Below are positions 19,298 through 29,744 of a DNA stretch of 64,000 nt, in pieces. The stretch covers positions 330,599 to 394,598 of the forward strand of contig JBEKTZ010000001.1 of assembly GCA_049515535.1 (NCBI GenBank), written 5' to 3'. The first letter of the stretch is position 1, and every line of letters starts with the position of its first letter. The stretch comes from Candidatus Aminicenantales bacterium (lineage in GTDB: Bacteria; Acidobacteriota; Aminicenantia; Aminicenantales; UBA4085). The position numbers and the translations under genes were made by a program. Under the pieces are notes generated by a model. It saw only the letters and a program-made list of their open reading frames with translations. It was not told the DNA's origin and searched no databases.

Positions 19298-20101
19298 CTA
19301 AAACGTCTCCAGATAATTTGCAGGAATATTTTCAAAATCGGTCCAAGCGAACCAATTTGTGATTCCTAGATACTCCGCCCATTTGTTGATCATCTCCAAA
19401 TCGCCCAGATAATCGTCTTTATAATCCAGCGTTATTCTCGCCAGTTCTTCTCCCTTTCTTTTATATTTAAAATCCCAATACGGTTGAAGGTAATTCGTAT
19501 TGAGATACAACCCCAAATATTTAAAAAAGCAATAGTTCATAACGTTTGACACCTCATATATTTTCCGGGGCGTCAAACGCGCTACTCGATTGGTTAAAGC
19601 GACGATCGATTCATCGTGTTGTTTTTTTATTGATTGAAGTTGCAACTCTCTCAAATCCTGATAATCATCATGAATCCATTTTTCTATCATTAGATCAGGA
19701 GGTTGATTGGTAACCTGAGTAACAGTACCGCTGTACCACATATTTACTATCTGAGCCAACTGATTAAAAGGCATTGACGAAGATATTTTGTTAATATCTC
19801 CTTCAATCTCCGTCAGGGCCGTTTTTTTAATATCATTGTTTGTTTTAGGGATTAGCCGATTTTCCTCAGGCACAGCAAACATTCTGATGATATGTCCACA
19901 TTCATGGGCAATAAGATGATTAATCAATTCATTATGCTCGGTTTTATAATAAATCAAATGGAACGGCATATCCTTTCTTGCGGGTTTAACCCGAGCGAAG
20001 TAGGCTAACTCCTTTTTTTCGATAAACTGAAATTTCTTTTTGCTAACGTCTTCTGCAAGCTGAATGATGTTTTTGGTTGATTGAATCAGATCAAGGTTCA
20101 A
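19298..20101 (-). CDS. HExxH zinc metallopeptidase-like protein
   Basis: LIAHECGH motif; downstream P.D..IE; TTG start overlapping the TPR gene stop. Confidence 0.7.
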   Translation of the reverse strand: MNLDLIQSTKNIIQLAEDVSKKKFQFIEKKELAYFARVKPARKDMPFHLIYYKTEHNELINHLIAHECGHIIRMFAVPEENRLIPKTNNDIKKTALTEIEGDINKISSSMPFNQLAQIVNMWYSGTVTQVTNQPPDLMIEKWIHDDYQDLRELQLQSIKKQHDESIVALTNRVARLTPRKIYEVSNVMNYCFFKYLGLYLNTNYLQPYWDFKYKRKGEELARITLDYKDDYLGDLEMINKWAEYLGITNWFAWTDFENIPANYLETF

Positions 20102-20973
20102 TGAACCACCTCAGAACTGAACAAATTCTTAGCAAATCGATATTCCTTCGATAGATCTATCCCTATATCCATGGAAGGATCAATAATCTGAAAACCGGCG
20201 AACATATAGCAGACCAGCTGCAATCCGGTATATTCGCCTTCAAGAAAGTTAATTCGATATTTTTTATCAGGGTTATTGATATCCAATCCTTCGCGACCCT
20301 TTTGAGCAATTTCAAAGGAGATATTTCTTATTTCCTCATTTCGTTTTTTCGCAAAGAGTTGTATCGAGTCCAATAGGTAGAAAACAGCATCGATCCGAAA
20401 TCCTTTGGATTTGAAATTGCTGATCGCAATTTCTCTTCTGGCCGTTCGGGCTAGTTCTTTTAGCTTCTCGGGAGCATCGAGTTCTAAAAGTTTTTTAAAA
20501 TATTGATCCGCTCGTTCATAATCTTCTATCCGTTGGTATACATACCCTAAACCGTAAATAGTCATCGGGTCCGAGGGGTTGATTCGAAAGGATCTTTCAA
20601 GGTAGTAAATTGATTTCTCGAGATCGAACAACTTGCCATAGAGTCCGCCCAGATTTCTTAAGGCATAGGAATTATTCGGGTCGATCTTAATGGCATCCAG
20701 AAAATGTTTTTCTGCGCTTTTAGAGTCATTAGATTTTTCGAAGGCGAATCCTAAAGCGACTTGAGCATTGGAGAAATTCGGATTTAACTCCACGCATTTT
20801 TTTAGAATGGTTATGGCTTTATCGGAAAACCCGAGTTCGGTATAGCACATGCCTAGATTGTAGAGGGCATCGATGTTTTTGGAGTCATGTTCAAGCATTT
20901 CTTCGAGCAAAGACCTGGCTTGATCTAGCTGCCCTTGCTGTAAAAGCTTAATGACCTCATCTAGCTTTGCCAT
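20098..20973 (-). CDS. TPR protein with uncharacterised ~100 aa C-terminal domain
   Basis: About five TPRs (ALYNLG, AQVALG, ALRNLG, TIYGLG); C-terminal FEIA..G..G...GLQLVCYM. Confidence 0.85.
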   Translation of the reverse strand: MAKLDEVIKLLQQGQLDQARSLLEEMLEHDSKNIDALYNLGMCYTELGFSDKAITILKKCVELNPNFSNAQVALGFAFEKSNDSKSAEKHFLDAIKIDPNNSYALRNLGGLYGKLFDLEKSIYYLERSFRINPSDPMTIYGLGYVYQRIEDYERADQYFKKLLELDAPEKLKELARTARREIAISNFKSKGFRIDAVFYLLDSIQLFAKKRNEEIRNISFEIAQKGREGLDINNPDKKYRINFLEGEYTGLQLVCYMFAGFQIIDPSMDIGIDLSKEYRFAKNLFSSEVVH

Positions 20974-21094
20974 TATTGGTTCCGATAAATATATCGAAAA
21001 TTTAGTTTTTCTCGATTAATTTACAACTATTGGCCACATATATCAAACCATTCCTCTTGCTTATTATGGTAAAATTAAAAATAGGATATCGCAG

Positions 21095-22597
21095 ATGGAC
21101 AGTCATAAACCCGTCGGTATTTGGATTCGGGTCTCAACCGAAGACCAGGCCAGGGGCGAAAGCCCGGAGCACCACGAGAAGCGCGCCCGGTACTATGCCG
21201 AATCCAAGGGCTGGCAAGTCAAAGAGATATATCATTTAGAGGCGGTCTCGGGAAAATCGGTCATGGGTCATCTCGAGACCCAGAAAATGCTCGACCATAT
21301 CAAATCCGGCCATATCACCGGGCTGATTTTTTCTAAGCTCGCCCGACTTGCCCGAAATACCAGAGAATTGCTCGATTTTGCCGATATTTTCAGAAAATAT
21401 AATGCTGACCTGATCTCTCTACAAGAGGCCATCGACACTTCCTCCCCTGCTGGACGGCTTTTCTATACGATGATAGCGGCTATGGCCCAATGGGAGCGGG
21501 AAGAAATATCCGATCGAGTAGCAGCTTCTGTCCCTATCAGAGCAAAGCTCGGAAAGCCAACAGGCGGACAAGCCGCTTATGGCTACCAATGGGTAAACAA
21601 ACAGCTTGTGCCTGACCCCAAAGAAGCGCCGATTCGGAAGCTAATTTATGAGATGTTCCTTGAACACCAAAGAAAAAAGACCGTAGCACGGCTCCTGAAC
21701 GAAACCGGATACCGCACCAGAAACGGCTCTAAATTCACGGATACGACCGTAGGAAGGCTTTTAAGAGATACGACGGCCAAGGGCCTTCGCCGGGCGAATT
21801 GGACCAAAGGGCCGCCTGATAAAGGCCAAAAGAGGGTCATAAAATCCGAGTCCGAATGGGTCTATAACCGGATCGAGCCGATTGTTTCCGAAGAGCTTTG
21901 GGATCAATGTAACACGATCCTGGACGAGCAGGAAAAAAAGAATAAAAGACCAGCCAGAAAAAGCCCTCAGTTGTTTACCGGATTCGTGTTCTGCAACTGC
22001 GACTACAAAATGTATGTGCCTTCGAATTCCCCCAAGTATATCTGCTACAAATGCCGAAACAAGATCGGGACGACTGACTTAGAAGAAATCTTTCATCATC
22101 AGCTTAAGACGTTTTTCTTTTCGCCTACGGAAATAACGAATTATCTGAGCCAAGCTGATCAAGTGATTAAAGAAAAAGAAAACCTGCTAAAGACCTTGAG
22201 AGACGAGAGAAAAAAGACTGAACAGGACATGGATAAGATATATCGGGCTTATACCAATGAAGAAATTACAATGGAGGGATTCGGAAGGCATTATCGGCCG
22301 CTTGAAGAGCGGCTAAAGCAAATCGACAACCAGATTCCCGAAGTCCAGGGAGAGATTGACTTCCTGAAAATCCAATATCTTTCTTCTGACCAGATATTCA
22401 CAGAAGCCAAAGACCTTTACTCCCGCTGGCCTCAGCTTACTTCCGAAGAAAAAAGAAAAATCATTGAAAACATTACGGAAAAGATCGTTATCGGAAAAGA
22501 AGACGTCACCATCAACCTCACCTATCTTCCCTCTTCTTTAGAATTGATGACAACTGAGCAACGAAACCTCAGGGATTCATGGCCGCCACGAGCATGA
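21095..22597 (+). CDS. Large serine recombinase (likely comM-targeting integrase)
   Basis: WIRVS catalytic motif, SKLARLARN, Zn ribbon CNC...CYKC, coiled coil; 3' end crosses into comM sequence. Confidence 0.93.
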   Translation: MDSHKPVGIWIRVSTEDQARGESPEHHEKRARYYAESKGWQVKEIYHLEAVSGKSVMGHLETQKMLDHIKSGHITGLIFSKLARLARNTRELLDFADIFRKYNADLISLQEAIDTSSPAGRLFYTMIAAMAQWEREEISDRVAASVPIRAKLGKPTGGQAAYGYQWVNKQLVPDPKEAPIRKLIYEMFLEHQRKKTVARLLNETGYRTRNGSKFTDTTVGRLLRDTTAKGLRRANWTKGPPDKGQKRVIKSESEWVYNRIEPIVSEELWDQCNTILDEQEKKNKRPARKSPQLFTGFVFCNCDYKMYVPSNSPKYICYKCRNKIGTTDLEEIFHHQLKTFFFSPTEITNYLSQADQVIKEKENLLKTLRDERKKTEQDMDKIYRAYTNEEITMEGFGRHYRPLEERLKQIDNQIPEVQGEIDFLKIQYLSSDQIFTEAKDLYSRWPQLTSEEKRKIIENITEKIVIGKEDVTINLTYLPSSLELMTTEQRNLRDSWPPRA

Positions 22598-23618
22598 ACG
22601 CGCAGGGGAACGTCGCGGCCATCGAAGCGCGCGCGATAGTCACTTTTCCGTCCTCGACGGGCTGCCTCAGCCCGTCCAAGAGGCTCCGGTTGAATTGGGG
22701 AAGCTCGTCGAGGAACAGAACGCCGTGATGGGCCAGGCTCACCTCGCCCGGCTTCGGGATCTGCCCTCCGCCGATGAGGCCGGCGTCCGAAATCGTATGG
22801 TGGGGAGCGCGAAACGGACGCCGGCCGACGGCGCCTTGGTCCTTGAGCAGCCCCGCGGCGCTATAGACTTGGCTGACTTCGATGATCTCCTGGAACGTCA
22901 TGTCCGGCAGAATGGTCGGGATTCGGCGGGCAAGCATGGTCTTTCCGGCGCCCGGCGGGCCGATGAGCAGGATGTTGTGCGCCCCGGCCGCCGCGACTTC
23001 AAGTGCCCGCTTCACGTGATGCTGGCCCTTGACTTCCCGGAAATCCAGATCGAACTCCGGCCGCGCGAAAAGCTCGGCCGGGGAAAATAAACAGGGTGAT
23101 ATTTTTCCGGGAACGGTCAAGAACTCGACGACCTGGACGAGATTATCCAGGCCGAAGACATCCATGCCTTTCACCAGCGCCGCTTCTTTCGCGTTGTCCC
23201 GGGGGACGACGATCCCTTTGAAGCTTTTTTTTACAGCTAGAAGCGCTGCCGATAGAACGCCCTTGACGGGCTTCAACCGGCCGTCGAGAGCGAGTTCGCC
23301 CAAGAACAGGTGATCCCGGAAACTTTCCGGCGATATGATACCGAGGTAGGCGAGGTGTCCGAGCGCGATCGGGAGATCGAAAGCGGGGCCTTCTTTGCGC
23401 CTGTCCGCGGGCGCCAGGTTGATGGTCGCCTTTCGCGGAGGAAAATCGTAACCGCAGTTCTTGAGCGCGGCCTTGACCCGCTCCTTGCTTTCCCGGACAG
23501 AGGCGTCGGGCAGGCCGACGATGATGAACTGGGGAAGGCCTCCGCCGAAGTCCACTTCGACTTCGACCACATAGGCCTCGATCCCCAGGAGAGCCGAGCT
23601 GAAGGATTTGAACAGCAT
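22569..23618 (-). pseudogene. comM: 5' part of comM/YifB Mg-chelatase-like AAA ATPase, interrupted by the element
   Basis: [44 protein letters not shown]; stops at AAMNP, where family members continue CPCG. Confidence 0.93.
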
Positions 23619-23673
23619 GTCGCTTTAGGAGATGACGGTGGAAAAGGCGGTTTATGTCAGCCCCGGGATTTTT

Positions 23674-24840
23674 TCAGGTCAGGGAATTGAAGAGGATCTC
23701 GTATTTCCTAATGACCTGGGGCCAAGCGTAATTCTTGAGGACATAAGAGCGGCCGTTCCGGCCGAGGGCCGCCCGCAGCCGCCCATCCTTATGCAGGAGA
23801 TCGAGGGCCAAGGCGAATTCCTCGTAATTGGCGTAATACAAGCCGCTGTTCCCCACGAGACAGTGCTGCTTCAAAGGGTCGGTCGCGGCCTGGACAAGCA
23901 CGGGCGCCCGGACCGCCATCGATTCCAGGGCCGCCATGCACAGGCTTTCCAAATGCGAGGGATGAACGGTCGCTTCGGCCCGGGCCATCGCCGCGTTTTT
24001 CTCCTCGGGCGAGACAAAGCCCAGGTAATGGATGTTCGGATGCGCGGGGAGCGGCATTAAAAGGTTCCCGATGAGAAGAAAGCTGAAATCCGGGCGGCGC
24101 CGGCTGTATCTCGTGAAATAGTCCAGGACCTCCCGGCATCCTTTACCCGGCTCTATGCGCCCCGCATAAAGGATATAGGGGGAATACAATCGATATTTCG
24201 CGAAAGCGGCCGATAGCTCGACCCGGTCCGGGACATCCACGCCGACGCCGACCGTGTCCTGGTATTTGCCGGCGAAGGAGAAGTACCGGCCCAGCATCGC
24301 CTTTTCGGATTCCGTGTTGAAGACGAAGGCCGCGGGCAGGGAGAAGACGTTTTTCATGATGTCCAGGCGCAGCGCCGGCTCGTCGTGCGCCGTGGGAACG
24401 AGGATCTTGCTCTTCCTGACGGCTTGCAGGCCCCAGTACGTATTGTAATAAAGATAGGTGAAGAAAACGAAATGATCGTGTTTCGCCTCTTCCTTTTCCA
24501 GCGCATCGATCAAGGCCGGGGAATACGGCCCCTGCTGCTTCATCCACTCGATCTCGTCCCCCCGATTGTGGTCGTTGAAAAAGATCCAGTCGGAATATTT
24601 ATTGAACGATTCAATATCCCGCGGCTTCTCGACGTCGAACCGCCTGACGGAGACGCCGTTCAGAACGGATTCCCCCGGCGCGTATTCGTTCTTCCAGGTG
24701 ACGTAATCCTTGGCCGTCGTGGTGTAGACCGTGCAGTCGTAGCCCTTTTCCGCCAAGCGCTCGGCGATAAGCCGGCAGTGCAATTCGGAGCCGCCCATGA
24801 CCTCTTTGCCGTATCGCTGAATGACGAAGGCGATCTTCAT
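23674..24840 (-). CDS. Glycosyltransferase family 4
   Basis: GGSE N-terminal motif, [17 protein letters not shown] (E-x7-E). Confidence 0.9.
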   Translation of the reverse strand: MKIAFVIQRYGKEVMGGSELHCRLIAERLAEKGYDCTVYTTTAKDYVTWKNEYAPGESVLNGVSVRRFDVEKPRDIESFNKYSDWIFFNDHNRGDEIEWMKQQGPYSPALIDALEKEEAKHDHFVFFTYLYYNTYWGLQAVRKSKILVPTAHDEPALRLDIMKNVFSLPAAFVFNTESEKAMLGRYFSFAGKYQDTVGVGVDVPDRVELSAAFAKYRLYSPYILYAGRIEPGKGCREVLDYFTRYSRRRPDFSFLLIGNLLMPLPAHPNIHYLGFVSPEEKNAAMARAEATVHPSHLESLCMAALESMAVRAPVLVQAATDPLKQHCLVGNSGLYYANYEEFALALDLLHKDGRLRAALGRNGRSYVLKNYAWPQVIRKYEILFNSLT

Positions 24841-24842
24841 CG

Positions 24843-25904
24843 TCAGATCCTGCTCAATTCCCGAAGGAGGAATTCCTCCCTCCCGAACGATTTGAATTGA
24901 TCGAGGGCCCGCCGTCCGCTGGCGACGAGGCTCTCTTTCAGAGGGCGATCATGGACGACGATGTCGACAAGCTCGGCGACGTAATCCGGCCGGCTGTCCC
25001 GCACCAGGATCCCCGCGCCGCCGAGCGTGTAGGGCACCGCCGTGGAATCGAGGGCGATGACCGGAAGATCGAAGATCATGCTCTCGACGAGAGGGAGGCA
25101 GAACCCCTCGTGCTCGCTCAACGACAAGAAAACGTCGGACGCCCGGTACAGGGCGAACATTTCTTCGTCCGGCACGTGCCCGATGAACCGGATCTCTTCG
25201 GGTTTGAGAAAGAATTCGTCGGCCATCTGGACGACGCTCCGGTAATACGTCGGGAACGTGTTCGTCTGGCCGACGACGATCAGCCGGACGAGGGGCGAGA
25301 TATATTTCTTGTAATAAAAAACGGCTTTGATCAGGTTCTCGATCTTTTTGTTGGGCGCGATCCGGCCGACGAACAGGACGTTCACGCGGTCGTCGCGGAC
25401 GAGATCGTGGACGAAGCGGCTGGCCGGCTTTTCATACTTGGCGAAATCGATGAACAACGGAAAGACATGGGTGTTGCGGAACCCGAGACCGGCGAGCTCC
25501 AGCCGGTTGAACTCCGAATCCGCCAGGCTGAGGACGATATGCGGCTTCAGGGAGGCGAGCTCAAGGCGTCCCACGCGGGAGATCCGGGCCATTTCCGGAT
25601 TGAGCTGAGCGAAGAATTCCGGAGGCGTGATGTTGTGATAGATAATGGCCTTTTTGGAGCGGAGCCCGGCCAGCGCTTGGGTCAACGGCGAAGGCAGGGC
25701 GAAATGGAGGATCGTGACATCGTCCGGACCGGGCGGAGGAAATTCGGCGAACAGGCGCGCCTCGCCTTCCAGGCCGAGGTCCCGGGTCAGGCAATAGATC
25801 TCGGAGGCGAATCCCTTGGCCCGGAAAAATTTCTTGAGCTCGAAGGCCTCGTCGCCGATGGCGTCGCCGCGATGGAAGGCCGGAACGAGCTGGTCGATCC
25901 TCAT
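24843..25904 (-). CDS. Glycosyltransferase family 4
   Basis: [31 protein letters not shown]. Confidence 0.9.
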   Translation of the reverse strand: MRIDQLVPAFHRGDAIGDEAFELKKFFRAKGFASEIYCLTRDLGLEGEARLFAEFPPPGPDDVTILHFALPSPLTQALAGLRSKKAIIYHNITPPEFFAQLNPEMARISRVGRLELASLKPHIVLSLADSEFNRLELAGLGFRNTHVFPLFIDFAKYEKPASRFVHDLVRDDRVNVLFVGRIAPNKKIENLIKAVFYYKKYISPLVRLIVVGQTNTFPTYYRSVVQMADEFFLKPEEIRFIGHVPDEEMFALYRASDVFLSLSEHEGFCLPLVESMIFDLPVIALDSTAVPYTLGGAGILVRDSRPDYVAELVDIVVHDRPLKESLVASGRRALDQFKSFGREEFLLRELSRI

Positions 25905-26968
25905 GCGCGGGCGACTCTTTCCACGTGCTCGAGAAGAATGCGGCTCACGTTTTTACGGCCGTATTTTTCGAGCGCCTGACGCTGCCCCTCGACGATCCGG
26001 GACGTCAGCGCCTTGTCCCTGCGGATCCGGTCGATCAGGGCGGCGGTCCTCAGAAAATCCTTCTCCCGCAGCGTGACGCCGCCGCCGTTCATCGTTTCTT
26101 CGACCGCCCCGGCGGCGTAGCCGAGGACGGGAATTCCGGTATAAAAGGCTTCCAGGAGCGGGACGCCGAACCCCTCGTGCTCGCTCATGCTGACATAGAA
26201 ATCGGCGGCGCGATAAAAGGCCAGGAGCTCGGGAAACTCGATGTGGCCGCTGAAATGGACGTCCGCGAGCTTCAATTTCAGGACGAGATCCTGAAGGGAG
26301 GCGAAATACCGCTCCAGCCCCCGGTAATCGCCGGCCAGGATGAGCCGGGAATCCGGGTCGAAATATTTCTTGTAGAAATAAAACACCTTGACGATGTCCT
26401 CGAACTTCTTGTTGGGGATCAGCCGCCCGACGAACAAGAGCGTCGTCTTATCGTCGCCGAAGAGGCGCTCGGTCACGGCGTCGGCCGGGCCGTCGAACTT
26501 GGCGAAATTCATGAGGATGGGAAGGACGCCCGTGGTTTTGTAGCCGACGGTTTCGAGCTCCCGCCGGTTGAATTCGGAATCGCCCACGGCCAAATCCACC
26601 TTGTCCACAAAAAGATTGATCTCGAGCCGTCCCTTGTAGCATTCCCGGGCGAGGACGCGGTGGGAATCCACGAAGAATTCGTGAGGCGTAATGTTGTGGT
26701 AGATCATCATTTTTTTGTCCGGCACGCGGAAGAACAGCTTCGAGACCGGGGAGCCGATGGAAAAATGGAAGATGACCACATTTCCGGGGGAACTGAACTT
26801 TTTATACTCGCGGTAATCCTTGACGTATTTCGCGGATTTGGGATCGAACATCTTGACGAAGATCTCGGACTTGAAGCCGTTCTCGCGGAGGACGCTCTGG
26901 ATCTCGAGCATCTCGTCCGAGATCGCGTCGCCGTAGCTGAGCGAGGTGGCGAATTGATGGACGTCCAT
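25901..26968 (-). CDS. Glycosyltransferase family 4
   Basis: GDAI, YHNITP, FVGRLIPNK, SEHEGFGVPLLE. Confidence 0.9.
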   Translation of the reverse strand: MDVHQFATSLSYGDAISDEMLEIQSVLRENGFKSEIFVKMFDPKSAKYVKDYREYKKFSSPGNVVIFHFSIGSPVSKLFFRVPDKKMMIYHNITPHEFFVDSHRVLARECYKGRLEINLFVDKVDLAVGDSEFNRRELETVGYKTTGVLPILMNFAKFDGPADAVTERLFGDDKTTLLFVGRLIPNKKFEDIVKVFYFYKKYFDPDSRLILAGDYRGLERYFASLQDLVLKLKLADVHFSGHIEFPELLAFYRAADFYVSMSEHEGFGVPLLEAFYTGIPVLGYAAGAVEETMNGGGVTLREKDFLRTAALIDRIRRDKALTSRIVEGQRQALEKYGRKNVSRILLEHVERVARA

Positions 26969-28143
26969 CAGGGCTTGGCTCCCAGCGCGTTCATGATGGC
27001 GAGATATTTATGCTCGATGATGTCCCAGGTGTAGTTCGCCGAGTAATAGGCTTTCCCGTTTTCTCCGAGAACGGCGCGCAGCCGCGGATCGGAGAGGATC
27101 AGTTTGAGCGCTTCGCGGAACTCTCCGTAATTCTCGTAAAAAAGCCCGCCGTTCGACCGCAGGCACTGGCCTTTCAAGACTTCGCACCGGGCGTTGGCCA
27201 GGACGGGCCGGCCGAGGGCCCAAGCCTCGAGCGTCACCATGGACAGGCTTTCATAGAACGAAGGCATGACCAAAAGCTCAGCGCCGCTCAACGCGTCGAA
27301 CTTGTCCTCTTCCGAAAGGAACCCCAAAAAGCGGACGTCTGGATGGGACGGGATCTTGAGGACGGTATTGCCGATCAGGACGAGCTTGACGTCGGAGCCC
27401 GTGTCTTTCTTGAAGCGCAGGAAATGATCGAAGAGGTGGGGGCAACCTTTATTCTGATCGATCCGGCCGATGTAGAGGATATAAGGGCCTTTCACCTCAT
27501 GCTTCCGCCGGAAGCGTTCCGCCGAATAGCTTGAGGGGACCTCCGTTCCGACGCCGACGACGAGACCCGGAACGTCCTCGTTCCGCGACAGGGATTGGAT
27601 CATCGCCCTCTCTTCTTCGGAGTTATAGACGAACGCCCTGGGCATCCGGAACAAGTCGCGGAAGATCTTGAGATGAATGACCGGGTCGTGTTCGGCGGTC
27701 GGCACGAGAATGCTCTTGCCGGGAACGGCATGAATCCCCCAGTACGAGTGATAGTAGCGGTAGCTGAAAAAGATGAAATAGTCGTAGTCGGAGGCGTGTT
27801 TCCGGATGAAATGGATGAGCTTGGGCGATGTCGGGCCTTCCTCCTCGAGCCAGGCCAGTTCGTCCTTTTCCGCGTGCTCGTTCTCGAGAATGGCATTTTG
27901 GAGACGGCCGAATTTTTCCGGGCTGCGGGGTTTCGTCACGGGAAAGCGCCGGACGGTGATGCCGTTGATGACTTCGTCCCCCTCCGGATAATGGTTGCGC
28001 CACGTGATGTAGTCATGGGCGCACGAGGTCAGGACCTCGACGGGCAGATATTTGCGCATGTGCTCGGCGACCCAGCGGCAATGGAGCTCGGCCCCGCCGT
28101 TGATCTCGAGGCCGTAGCGCTGGACGACGAAGGCGATGGTCAT
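26968..28143 (-). CDS. Glycosyltransferase family 4
   Basis: GGAE, YIGRID.NKG, ESLSMVTLE. Confidence 0.9.
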   Translation of the reverse strand: MTIAFVVQRYGLEINGGAELHCRWVAEHMRKYLPVEVLTSCAHDYITWRNHYPEGDEVINGITVRRFPVTKPRSPEKFGRLQNAILENEHAEKDELAWLEEEGPTSPKLIHFIRKHASDYDYFIFFSYRYYHSYWGIHAVPGKSILVPTAEHDPVIHLKIFRDLFRMPRAFVYNSEEERAMIQSLSRNEDVPGLVVGVGTEVPSSYSAERFRRKHEVKGPYILYIGRIDQNKGCPHLFDHFLRFKKDTGSDVKLVLIGNTVLKIPSHPDVRFLGFLSEEDKFDALSGAELLVMPSFYESLSMVTLEAWALGRPVLANARCEVLKGQCLRSNGGLFYENYGEFREALKLILSDPRLRAVLGENGKAYYSANYTWDIIEHKYLAIMNALGAKP

Positions 28144-28850
28144 TTCGAAGTCCGCTCTTCCAGCGCCTTTTCCCTGTTCTGAAGAAATTCCTGATCCTTT
28201 TCGAGAATCCGGAATTTGCTTTTCAGCGTGTCCGTCTCGATCTTGAGCTTCGTGAGCTCGACGACGAGGTTGTGGTCCAGGTTGTGGAGAAGCCGGATAT
28301 AGGCCATGCTCGTGTCCAGGTCCTTCAGCCTCTCCTCGATAAGGTCCAATCGATGCTCTCCCCTGTCTTTTCTTTTCTGCTCAATTTCCAATCTCGTCCG
28401 CTCAATTTCCAAATCCCGTTCGAACTTTTCCGCCTGCAGATGCAACAGCCGGTAGAGATTGTCCAGGCGGACGTTGGTATCGTGAAGGCTCTTGACCGCG
28501 GCCCGGAGCTCTTCATGGACGGGAAAGGCCAAAAGCCGCATCACGGGGAAAAACGGCCGCATGATCTTGCGCAAAATTCTTTTGAGTTTCGGCTTCAGTC
28601 CCTGAGGCTCCGGGCTCCAATCCGTCCCCCCCGGGGCGGGAGGCGCCGGCATCGAAGCTTGAGGAGACAACGTGGACGCCGGCTGCGCCGGATCCCGAGG
28701 TGCGGTCTCCTCCCAGGCTTCCGCGAGGGGGGCTTCGGCGGCGGCTTTCTGGATCAGGGCCATGATCTCCGCGACGTTGACGTGATCGTAGTCGATTTCA
28801 AACGGCGCGCCGGGCTTCGTTTCCGTCGGCATTGGACCGTCCATTGTCAC
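28140..28850 (-). CDS. Hypothetical coiled-coil protein of the glycosyltransferase operon
   Basis: AGGAGG RBS before GTG; Pro/Ala linker then coiled coil; 4-bp overlap with the GT gene. Confidence 0.75.
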   Translation of the reverse strand: MTMDGPMPTETKPGAPFEIDYDHVNVAEIMALIQKAAAEAPLAEAWEETAPRDPAQPASTLSPQASMPAPPAPGGTDWSPEPQGLKPKLKRILRKIMRPFFPVMRLLAFPVHEELRAAVKSLHDTNVRLDNLYRLLHLQAEKFERDLEIERTRLEIEQKRKDRGEHRLDLIEERLKDLDTSMAYIRLLHNLDHNLVVELTKLKIETDTLKSKFRILEKDQEFLQNREKALEERTSK

Positions 28851-28887
28851 CTCCTGCGTTTCCCCGCTCTCGCGATTTCGCCCGCTC

Positions 28888-29100
28888 TCAGTCCTTTTTC
28901 GTGAAAAGATGGTTTTCGTATACGCTCTGAACGTCCTGAATATCCGGAAGAGGATGTAGCCTCATTTCCTGGATCTCCCGGACTTCCCGGTCCGTCAGCA
29001 GGCCTTCTTTCTTCCGGGCCGCGATCCGGGCTTCGATTTCGGCCATAATCTTCTTTTCTTCGGCCTCGCCCAGGCATTGGATCTTGAGAAAATCCGGCAT
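28888..29100 (-). CDS. Small hypothetical protein (MPDFLKIQC...)
   Basis: AAAGGAG RBS before ATG at 29100; same operon direction. Confidence 0.6.
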   Translation of the reverse strand: MPDFLKIQCLGEAEEKKIMAEIEARIAARKKEGLLTDREVREIQEMRLHPLPDIQDVQSVYENHLFTKKD

Positions 29101-29275
29101 GGCGGCTCCTTTCTCAGCAAATTCAATCGAAGGACATTTTAATCGAATTGGGGAAGTGGGGTCAAACGAACACGTCACATGAGGCGTTCCCGTTGGAAAC
29201 TGGACTACGGTCAGGGCCGGAAGGAATTGAAAAGACCCGGACAGTATGTTAATTAAGAGAAAAGGAAAGGCCATC

Positions 29276-29737
29276 ATGAATCTCAATCAAAGAACCAGAG
29301 TCGGCGTCATCGGAGGAAACCATCCCCGGCGGGAATTTCTCAAAATCGCCCGTGAGGTCGGCCGGCTGATCGCATCGCGCGGGGCCATCCTCGTCTGCGG
29401 AGGCCTGGGGGGCGTCATGGAAGAGGCGGCCCGCGGAGCCAAGGATGCCGGCGGGACGACGATCGGGATCCTCCCGGGAAACCGGACTGCCGACGCCAAC
29501 GCCTATATCGATGTTCCCATCGCCACGGGCCTGGGGTTCACGCGCAATTCCCTCGTGGCCATGAACGCCGACGTCCTCATCGCCGTGGACGGCGAATACG
29601 GGACGCTGAGCGAGATCGCCTACGGCTGCGTCTACGGCAAGAAGGTCATCGGCCTGGGAACGTGGGACGTGAAAGGCGTCATCCCGGCCAAGACCCCGGA
29701 GGAAGCCGTCGCCCTTGCTCTGGGCGGCAAGGAATAA
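29276..29737 (+). CDS. TIGR00725 family (LOG/SLOG Rossmann-fold nucleotide-binding) protein
   Basis: CGGLGGVME, TIGILPG, TGLG..RN, G.YGTLSEIA. Confidence 0.88.
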   Translation: MNLNQRTRVGVIGGNHPRREFLKIAREVGRLIASRGAILVCGGLGGVMEEAARGAKDAGGTTIGILPGNRTADANAYIDVPIATGLGFTRNSLVAMNADVLIAVDGEYGTLSEIAYGCVYGKKVIGLGTWDVKGVIPAKTPEEAVALALGGKE

Positions 29738-29744
29738 CGGCCGA

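Larger units (their letters stand above)
1..22570. mobile_element. Integrative element / defence island inserted in comM (left end outside window)
   Basis: Visibly AT-richer than DNA after ~22570; large serine recombinase abuts and overlaps a comM gene truncated at ...AAMNP*; carries replication, recombination and defence genes. Confidence 0.9.

Noticed and set aside
24897..27034. Long + strand ORFs (360 and 369 aa) opposite the GT4 genes
   Set aside because: Antisense shadows of GC-rich coding sequence; no motifs
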